64,000 bases of DNA from a virus. Shown here in pieces: positions 56,739 to 62,977 of the stretch. The position numbers and the translations under genes are program-made. Numbering within the stretch: the stretch's first letter is position 1; each line of letters opens with the position of its first letter. The stretch is taken from positions 36,494-100,493 of the IMG/VR virus record IMGVR_UViG_3300009551_000005. One strand, given 5' to 3'. The notes beneath the pieces are model-generated. The model ran no database searches. It was given only the letters and a program-made list of their open reading frames with translations, and was not told the DNA's origin.

Positions 56739-57244
56739 TCGTGTTTCTCGTCGGAGCTCCTGGAGTCGGAAAGACCACGCTGGCGCGTCAGCTCATCGGA
56801 CCGGACGCGTACCTGGTGCCCAAGCCGAAGTGGACGGTCGGCAAGATCGTCGCCGCGGGTCACTATAACGGCGGCACGTTCGATGGCGCGGACACGGTGC
56901 CCTACAACGGCGTCGAGGACTGCCTTCGTTTCTGGGAGCAGCAGCTCGAAGGCAAGGACACGCTTTTCGACGGTGACCGCTTCTCGCATGAGAAGGTCGT
57001 GAAGTGGGCGCGCGAGAAGACGCTCCTCGTGAAGTGCATCTATCTCCATGCGCTGCCGGACACGCTCGCGGCGCGGAGGAAGCAGCGCGGCTCGAATCAG
57101 AACGAGACATGGCTCAAGGGGCGCATGACCAAGGCCGCGAACTTCCAGAACCTCTTCGCATCGAGGGACATCGTGCGCGTTCACGCAGACGTCTCGCCGG
57201 AGGAGATCTACAAGCGCGTCGTCGGAGAGTTCGGGTGGCGCTGA
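56735..57244 (+). CDS. P-loop kinase, 5-hydroxymethyluracil-DNA kinase-like
   Basis: GAPGVGKTT, FDGADT, DGDRF, RGSNQNETWLKGRMTK. Confidence 0.78.
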   Translation: MIVFLVGAPGVGKTTLARQLIGPDAYLVPKPKWTVGKIVAAGHYNGGTFDGADTVPYNGVEDCLRFWEQQLEGKDTLFDGDRFSHEKVVKWAREKTLLVKCIYLHALPDTLAARRKQRGSNQNETWLKGRMTKAANFQNLFASRDIVRVHADVSPEEIYKRVVGEFGWR

Positions 57245-57603
57245 CGAAGATCATTCGCAACGTCCTCGAGAAGGCGTTCGGCAGGTTCTATGAGGGCCCC
57301 GAGTGTCCCGAGCGTATCGCCGACGAGGCGGTGGAGTTCGCGAACAGGAACCCGATCGCCACGCGCGAGGACTGGGTGATCTTCGCGCAGGACCTCGCGC
57401 GTGAGGCGTACAAGAGCGGGTGGCAGCGCGGCTTCGAGCACGTGGAGCGCGCTGAGACGCGATTCCCTTGGCAGGAGGGGATGCCCGACGACATCGCCAA
57501 CGGCGTCGACCCAGACTGGCGGGCAAACACGAGCGGCATCGACCTCCACAATCCGCACGGTCCTGTGCTGGTTGAAGAGGAGGCGATGGGCGATGACGAC
57601 TGA
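57235..57603 (+). CDS. Hypothetical protein
   Basis: Overlapping GTG start with GGAG RBS. Confidence 0.6.
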   Translation: MALTKIIRNVLEKAFGRFYEGPECPERIADEAVEFANRNPIATREDWVIFAQDLAREAYKSGWQRGFEHVERAETRFPWQEGMPDDIANGVDPDWRANTSGIDLHNPHGPVLVEEEAMGDDD

Positions 57604-58264
57604 CGTGGCGAAGCAGGAGAGCGGCGGGATCGAATGCTCGCGGTGCGGCGAGAGGACCGACGTGGTGAACGAGCTCGGGTTCTGCCAGCGGTGCATGCAA
57701 ACGCTCGCTGGCGCGCCGGTGGTGGGCGCTGAAGTCACGGAGAATGCTTCGACGTTCGAGTGGGCGACCGCTCAGGTGGGCAAGCACCTTTTCCACCGAG
57801 GGCACGGCTTCGTCGGCGAGGTAGTCGGTGCCATTCGCGCCGGTGAGCACAAGGGGCCCAACGGTCGCCCGGTGACTGCACCGGTCCTTCTTTTCAAGGG
57901 CGGTCACACGATGGTCGCCAACGCGCGCGCGGTCCAAGAGCTCACCGTCGAGGGCGTGACGCTCGTCAACAAGACCGCGGAGTGGATCGGCCTCGTTTTG
58001 AACCGTTCCATGCGGCTCGGCGGAGCGCTGGGCATCGAGCCCGAAGACGCCATCAAGCTCCTCACCGCCGTCATCGCGTCCCAAGCGCGTCACCTTCAGG
58101 CGACGGAGCTCCCCGCGCGCGAGCCTCCCGTCGATCCGCTCATCCCGGATGTCCCCGGTGTCGTTCCCACCGCTCCCGTCGGTGATCGATCACCGACGGC
58201 GTATCGCTTCAGCGAAGAGGAAGCCGGGCCGAGCTCAGACAGAAAGCGTGAGGAGACGACGTGA
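57593..58264 (+). CDS. Hypothetical protein with N-terminal zinc finger
   Basis: CSRC...CQRC; GGAGG RBS. Confidence 0.65.
   Translation: MTTDVAKQESGGIECSRCGERTDVVNELGFCQRCMQTLAGAPVVGAEVTENASTFEWATAQVGKHLFHRGHGFVGEVVGAIRAGEHKGPNGRPVTAPVLLFKGGHTMVANARAVQELTVEGVTLVNKTAEWIGLVLNRSMRLGGALGIEPEDAIKLLTAVIASQARHLQATELPAREPPVDPLIPDVPGVVPTAPVGDRSPTAYRFSEEEAGPSSDRKREETT
58176..58199. repeat. 24-bp palindrome copy 13 (perfect), CDS C-terminal tail
   Basis: Encodes PVGDRSPTA. Confidence 0.97.
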
Positions 58265-58884
58265 ACCCCTATCACTCGCACCAGGCGCTCGCGTCCGTCG
58301 TCGAGATGTACAAGGGCATCCTCGAAGACCAGGACCGTATCCAGAAGCTTCAGATGGGTGAAGCGGAGCGGCTGAGGAAGTCTCTCGATGTCGCGGAGAA
58401 GATGCGCCGCGAGCAGGTCACCAAGGCGTTCGAGGCGCAGGCGGAGGTCCAGAGCCTCCGTGAGCTCATCGCGATGGTGGTCAACGGGGTCGCGCAGACC
58501 AAGGCGGGCATCGGCAAGGGCAAGCCTTGGACGCTCGACGAGATCCTCGAGACGCTCAGACCTGCGCTGGTACCTTCGCCTGATGCCGTTCGTCAGCAAG
58601 AAGCAACGCCGATGGATGCACGCGACCGACCCGGAGATGGCGGATCGGTGGGAGAAGCACACGCCGAAGGGCAAAGAACTGCCGGAGGAAGCGAAGAAGC
58701 GGGAGCCGTCCAAGCTGGAGAAGTGGGCGCGCCGCAACAACCGACGTTCGTAGTCGCGCCCGGGCGCGAGGTGCCTGCGAGGTTCCGCACCAACGTGCCG
58801 ATCATCGGCAAGACGGACCTCACGCGGCCGCCGGCGGGAACCACGACCGTCGAGCGTCTCACGGGCTTCAACAGGCAAGGATGA
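58261..58884 (+). CDS. Coiled-coil hypothetical protein
   Basis: GAGGAG RBS; coupled at both ends. Confidence 0.6.
   Translation: MNPYHSHQALASVVEMYKGILEDQDRIQKLQMGEAERLRKSLDVAEKMRREQVTKAFEAQAEVQSLRELIAMVVNGVAQTKAGIGKGKPWTLDEILETLRPALVPSPDAVRQQEATPMDARDRPGDGGSVGEAHAEGQRTAGGSEEAGAVQAGEVGAPQQPTFVVAPGREVPARFRTNVPIIGKTDLTRPPAGTTTVERLTGFNRQG
58583..58753 (+). CDS. Nested 56-aa basic peptide (MPFVSKKQRRWMHATDPEMADRWEKHTPKG...)
   Basis: TGGTACCTT-N6-ATG leaderless promoter; +1 frame inside 58261-58884. Confidence 0.65.
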   Translation: MPFVSKKQRRWMHATDPEMADRWEKHTPKGKELPEEAKKREPSKLEKWARRNNRRS

Positions 58885-59255
58885 AGCGCTCCGGCAAGAA
58901 GCGCGGCCACCTCCAGCTCGTGGAGACGGCCAAGCGGTCCTTCAAGCCGAGTCAGTTCTCGCCTGGCATGGTGATGGACATCATGGTGGGCATGGACGGT
59001 CCGCGCGCGGCTGCGTGGATCGTCCGCGCGCACCGTCGGAGCTTCCACCGCTCGGGACTCGTCAGCCTCAGCATCCCTCTCGAGGACTCGAAGAAGCTGC
59101 CGCCGTGGTTCCGTATCGGCATCGAGTGCCTGAAGCGGAGGAAGCCCACCGGCACGCCGAAGACGGCGAAGTGGCGCGTTGTTGAGCGGCAGGACGCGGA
59201 GCGGAAGACCTACGTGCTGTTTTGGCTCGGGTGGGGAGCTGTCGCGAATGGCTGA
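58881..59255 (+). CDS. Hypothetical protein
   Basis: ATGA coupling. Confidence 0.55.
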   Translation: MKRSGKKRGHLQLVETAKRSFKPSQFSPGMVMDIMVGMDGPRAAAWIVRAHRRSFHRSGLVSLSIPLEDSKKLPPWFRIGIECLKRRKPTGTPKTAKWRVVERQDAERKTYVLFWLGWGAVANG

Positions 59256-59505
59256 CGAGCTGAAGGTCATCCCGATGCCTCATCGCTATGCGCCTCCGTG
59301 GGCGCTCTGGGTGGTGGGTGTCTATTCGGACCGCGACGAAGATGGGGAGCTTTACTGGAGCGCGGAGTGCCGGCGGTGCGGTGCGCACTATCCGCCTCAG
59401 ATGAAGGGCGCGCCGGCGGCGCTCAAGTGCACCTCCGGCATGGTGCGCCGGAGGATCGGCTTGTTCGCGTCGGACCATGTGAAGTGCGAGGAGAAGAAGA
59501 CATGA
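59248..59505 (+). CDS. Small zinc-binding hypothetical protein
   Basis: GGAG RBS; CRRC...C...H..C. Confidence 0.55.
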   Translation: MADELKVIPMPHRYAPPWALWVVGVYSDRDEDGELYWSAECRRCGAHYPPQMKGAPAALKCTSGMVRRRIGLFASDHVKCEEKKT

Positions 59506-60353
59506 CCGGAATGGTGAATCAGTGGGGAATGCAGGGGACTGAGAAGAAGCTCCTCGACCACGGCTACGTGCGGGTCATCGAGCTCTGGGGAAGCGATCAG
59601 CGCGTCGTTGAGAGCGCGCGCATGTCCACCGGCAAGGACTTCAAGGGGTGGGGCCCGCACGAGGGCGTCTGCAAGCGTTGCGGCGCGAAGGAGTCCGAGG
59701 CGAAGGAGAAGGCCGTCCAAGTCGGCAAGGCGCGCTCCTTCTGCGAGGAGGATGTGGCGGGCAACCATGATTGGGAGCGGAAGCCCGGCGATGAGAAGCT
59801 CCTCGGGTACCTCTGGAAGAATCAGCACACGACGCCGTTCGAGATGGCGGGTCTCACCGTGGAGGTCCAGGCGCCGATCTTCGTCTTCCGCGAGTGGCAC
59901 CGGCACCGCACGCAGAGCTACAGCGAGGCGTCCGCGCGCTACGAGCCGTTGCCCGACCTGAACTACGTGCCCTCGATTGAGCGCTGCCTGATGGGCGGAG
60001 GTCATCTCACGAAGCAGGCGGGCAGCGTTGCCGGCGCGGAGGAGCTCAACGCAGCCGGCGCGGAGCTCTTCCGCCATCTCCTCATCGAGGAGTACGAGCG
60101 GTGCCAGCAGACCTACGAGCGCGCGCTGAAGGGAGGCATCCCCAAGGAGCTCGCGCGTCTCGTCTTGCCCGTCGGTCGTTACTCCAAGATGCGCGCGAGC
60201 ACGGATCTTCTGAACTGGCTGAAGTTCCTCAAGCTGCGCATGGACGCGACCGCGCAGTGGGAGATCCGCCAGTACGCCGAAGCCGTCGGCGAGATTGTCG
60301 CGTTCAACTTCCCGCGCGTGTGGGAGTTCTTCCTCGAGTCGAGGGCAAAGTGA
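59502..60353 (+). CDS. thyX: Flavin-dependent thymidylate synthase
   Basis: HTTPFE, REWHRHRTQSYSEASARY (RHRx7S), KELARLVLP, AQWEIR. Confidence 0.95.
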   Translation: MTGMVNQWGMQGTEKKLLDHGYVRVIELWGSDQRVVESARMSTGKDFKGWGPHEGVCKRCGAKESEAKEKAVQVGKARSFCEEDVAGNHDWERKPGDEKLLGYLWKNQHTTPFEMAGLTVEVQAPIFVFREWHRHRTQSYSEASARYEPLPDLNYVPSIERCLMGGGHLTKQAGSVAGAEELNAAGAELFRHLLIEEYERCQQTYERALKGGIPKELARLVLPVGRYSKMRASTDLLNWLKFLKLRMDATAQWEIRQYAEAVGEIVAFNFPRVWEFFLESRAK

Positions 60354-60727
60354 GCGAGCTTCCCGGGAGGCGGAACGACAAGGGAAAGTGGCGCTTCTCG
60401 CTCTTTCCGTTCGACGCGCTCCGCGCGGTGGCGAACGTCCTCGAGCACGGCGCTCGCAAGTATGCGGAGTGGAACTGGCTCGACATCCCAGATTCCAGGG
60501 AGCGCTGTCTCAACTCCCTCATGCGCCACACGTTCGCGTGGTGGCAGGGCGAGACCTGGGACTTCGGCACGCCGGAGGAGCCCGGAACGGGAGAGCGTCA
60601 CCTCGCGTGCATGGCCTGCAACGTCATCTTCCTGCTGACGCTCGAGATCCGCGGGAAGATCGACTCTGAGCCCAGGGTGCAACCGGACTGGTGGCGCGCC
60701 GTCGGTGATCGATCACCGACGGCGTAG
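60350..60727 (+). CDS. DUF5664-type dATP/dGTP diphosphohydrolase domain protein
   Basis: NDKGKWRFSLFP..L..VANVLEHGARKYAEWNW, LMRH, HLACMACN. Confidence 0.8.
   Translation: MSELPGRRNDKGKWRFSLFPFDALRAVANVLEHGARKYAEWNWLDIPDSRERCLNSLMRHTFAWWQGETWDFGTPEEPGTGERHLACMACNVIFLLTLEIRGKIDSEPRVQPDWWRAVGDRSPTA
60699..60722. repeat. 24-bp palindrome copy 14 (perfect), last codons of CDS, adjacent to a GCGGCATC motif
   Basis: Encodes AVGDRSPTA*; GCGGCATC at 60727-60734. Confidence 0.97.
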
Positions 60728-60755
60728 CGGCATCTTCCGCGCCAGGAGGTCCGGC

Positions 60756-61088
60756 ATGGCCAAGAGGTGCGGTGTCTGCGCGAAAGCGTACAGGACGGGG
60801 CAGATCGGGTTCGTCCGCGAGAAGGGGCGCCTGCGCGGCTGTAAGGTCTGCCCTGCGTGCGTCACGAAGTACGGCGTGCTCCTCATCATGGCCACGCCGG
60901 CTGTCGAGCTCGCGCCCAAGCGCCAGAAGCTCTCTCACTCCAAGCTGAAGACGCATCTGAAGGCGATGGCGAAGGTCCTCGCCGCGGGCAACGTCGACGG
61001 AGACCTTCACGTGAAGAGCAAGATCGAAGGCCTCGAATCCGCCATCGAGGCCATCGACTCGGGACGCTTTCACGAGGGTGATTCGTGA
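60756..61088 (+). CDS. Zinc-finger hypothetical protein
   Basis: AGGAGG RBS; CGVC...CPAC. Confidence 0.6.
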   Translation: MAKRCGVCAKAYRTGQIGFVREKGRLRGCKVCPACVTKYGVLLIMATPAVELAPKRQKLSHSKLKTHLKAMAKVLAAGNVDGDLHVKSKIEGLESAIEAIDSGRFHEGDS

Positions 61089-61681
61089 GCACGCGATCGG
61101 ACTTCCTCTTGCTTGTTCATCACATTGGAGCGTCCGCGGCGACGTTGGCCGTCGCGATGAAGGTGCCCGAGGAGTTTCTTCCCGTCGACGAGAACATCGA
61201 GGAGAGGTTCTCCGAGCACTCCGTTGGCCATCCGCTCGCGCCCGGGCTCACCGGCGACCAGCACCCGTGCTTCAAGCTCCTCACCGAGGCGGCGAAGTTC
61301 GTCATGTGGATGGAGCGGCCCACCGAGTACATGAAGACGTACTCCGAGGGTCCAAGCTTCATGATGGAGTGGTACGAGAGCGTGCTCACGAGGCGCTCGC
61401 GCACTGTGAAGGTCTCCTGCTCGGGCGTGAACGAAGGCGACGACTGGCAGGCGTTCTGGGAAGCGCTCCTCGAGCACGTGGAGGCGATGGAGGAGGACCA
61501 CGACCCGCTCGAGTCCCTCGACCGACGCATCTACGAGAACCTGCTCGTGCAGGGTGAGCCCGGCGTGGAGCTCTTCATCACGCCGGCGGAAGCCCAAGCC
61601 TTCCGCGAATGGCTTGAGGCGCTGCCGTGCTACGTCCACGCGAGACCGCCGTTCATCTTCCAGGAAGGGGTGTCCGAGTGA
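61085..61681 (+). CDS. Acidic hypothetical protein
   Basis: GTGA coupling at both ends. Confidence 0.6.
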   Translation: MSTRSDFLLLVHHIGASAATLAVAMKVPEEFLPVDENIEERFSEHSVGHPLAPGLTGDQHPCFKLLTEAAKFVMWMERPTEYMKTYSEGPSFMMEWYESVLTRRSRTVKVSCSGVNEGDDWQAFWEALLEHVEAMEEDHDPLESLDRRIYENLLVQGEPGVELFITPAEAQAFREWLEALPCYVHARPPFIFQEGVSE

Positions 61682-62466
61682 GTGACCGAGAGGAAGAGAA
61701 GACCATCAACTCGAAGATCCTCGGCGAGGCGCGCGAGGGTGAAGTCACCGTCGGTGATCGATCACCGACGGCGCTGAAGCCGACGCTCGTCTGGCATTGC
61801 ACGCAGATCTCCTGCGGTCAGCACGAGGAGGCTGGCGAGGGTGACGGGCTCGGCGACGAGCGCCCCTGCCACTTCTGCGCTGGGCGGTTGGAGGGCACCG
61901 CGCGCGTCAGAGCGCACATCCCCACGCGCGCAGCGCTCTACGTCGTCGAGTGTGTCGTCCCCAAGCCGGGGGAAGGCGACAACGTGGAGTTCAGCGTCTA
62001 CCCGCCGCCCAACGACTTCACGCCCAAGGAGACCATCGAAGCGATCCAGGAGCTCGTGCGCACGTCCGCGGAGCGTCTCGCCGAGAAGGTGAAGACGATG
62101 GATCGCACGCCGCTTATCGCGGACCTCCACGCCGTGAAGAAGCCGCGGGACCTCGCGAACCTGAAGCCGCGGAAGTGCATGGCGACGGGCTGCAAGAACG
62201 ATTGTACGCACGTCGTGACCCTTCTCCTGCGCACGCGCGAGCAGCTCTACAAGGGAAAGCCCATGCGCATGCGCGTGGGTCTCGTCGTCTGCTCGCGTCC
62301 CGAGCACCGGCCCAAGAACGCCGATCCGTTCTTCGCCAACAAGGGAGACTGGGAGCGACTCCTCGAGCACTTCGACCGGAGGAAGTGGCCGCGACCCCAC
62401 CGTATCCTCACCGACGTGGACTACGTGCCCATCGACAAGGATCCCGATCTCGAGGGCTACGAGTGA
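61678..62466 (+). CDS. Cys-rich hypothetical protein
   Basis: GTGA coupling; two Cys/His clusters. Confidence 0.6.
   Translation: MSDREEEKTINSKILGEAREGEVTVGDRSPTALKPTLVWHCTQISCGQHEEAGEGDGLGDERPCHFCAGRLEGTARVRAHIPTRAALYVVECVVPKPGEGDNVEFSVYPPPNDFTPKETIEAIQELVRTSAERLAEKVKTMDRTPLIADLHAVKKPRDLANLKPRKCMATGCKNDCTHVVTLLLRTREQLYKGKPMRMRVGLVVCSRPEHRPKNADPFFANKGDWERLLEHFDRRKWPRPHRILTDVDYVPIDKDPDLEGYE
61748..61771. repeat. 24-bp palindrome copy 15 (perfect), CDS N-terminal region
   Basis: Encodes TVGDRSPTA. Confidence 0.97.
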
Positions 62467-62951
62467 TGGGAGCGCAGTACATCCACCGATGCGAGAAGTG
62501 CGCAGCCGTCGCCATCATCCAGGACCTCACGGGACACGTCGTGTGCGTCTGGAACAAGATGGCGTGGTCGCTCCCCGGCGGGAAGGTGGAGCCCGGGGAG
62601 ACGCCGCCGGTGGCGGTCCTGCGCGAGTGTCGTGAGGAGATAGGGCTCGACCCCTGCAACGTCTTCTACGTGGGCCAGGTCTACGAGGGACCGGGGAGCC
62701 TCGACCCGAAGATGCACGTCCATGTCCTGCGCATCGTCACCGGCGTGGACTTCGAGCCGCGCCAAGTGGAGGAGGACAGCCCCGTGCGCGTCGCCTCGCC
62801 GCGATGGCTCATCAAGAACGCCGGCCCCTACGCGCCCTTCTACAAGGGCATGTACCAGCTCATCGGGCGCGCGAAGCGGATCGCTCCGCACAACGCGCAC
62901 GCGCGCATGAAGCTCGGCTCCACTCTTCTCGAGGACGTTGGGAAGTTCTGA
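62466..62951 (+). CDS. Nudix hydrolase
   Basis: PGGKVEPGETPPVAVLRECREEIG Nudix box. Confidence 0.9.
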   Translation: MGAQYIHRCEKCAAVAIIQDLTGHVVCVWNKMAWSLPGGKVEPGETPPVAVLRECREEIGLDPCNVFYVGQVYEGPGSLDPKMHVHVLRIVTGVDFEPRQVEEDSPVRVASPRWLIKNAGPYAPFYKGMYQLIGRAKRIAPHNAHARMKLGSTLLEDVGKF

Positions 62952-62977
62952 GCTCGCTCGGCGGCATCTTCGCCGTC

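Noticed and set aside
993-61771. Palindromic repeats as a CRISPR array
   Set aside because: Copies are kilobases apart, mostly inside genes, with no spacer periodicity and no cas genes
993-61771. Palindrome as a MITE/IS end, REP element or cyanobacterial HIP1
   Set aside because: No transposase or flanking duplications seen, no loop or GTAG tetranucleotide as in REPs, and the core is GATCGATC rather than GCGATCGC; mobility in the past cannot be fully excluded
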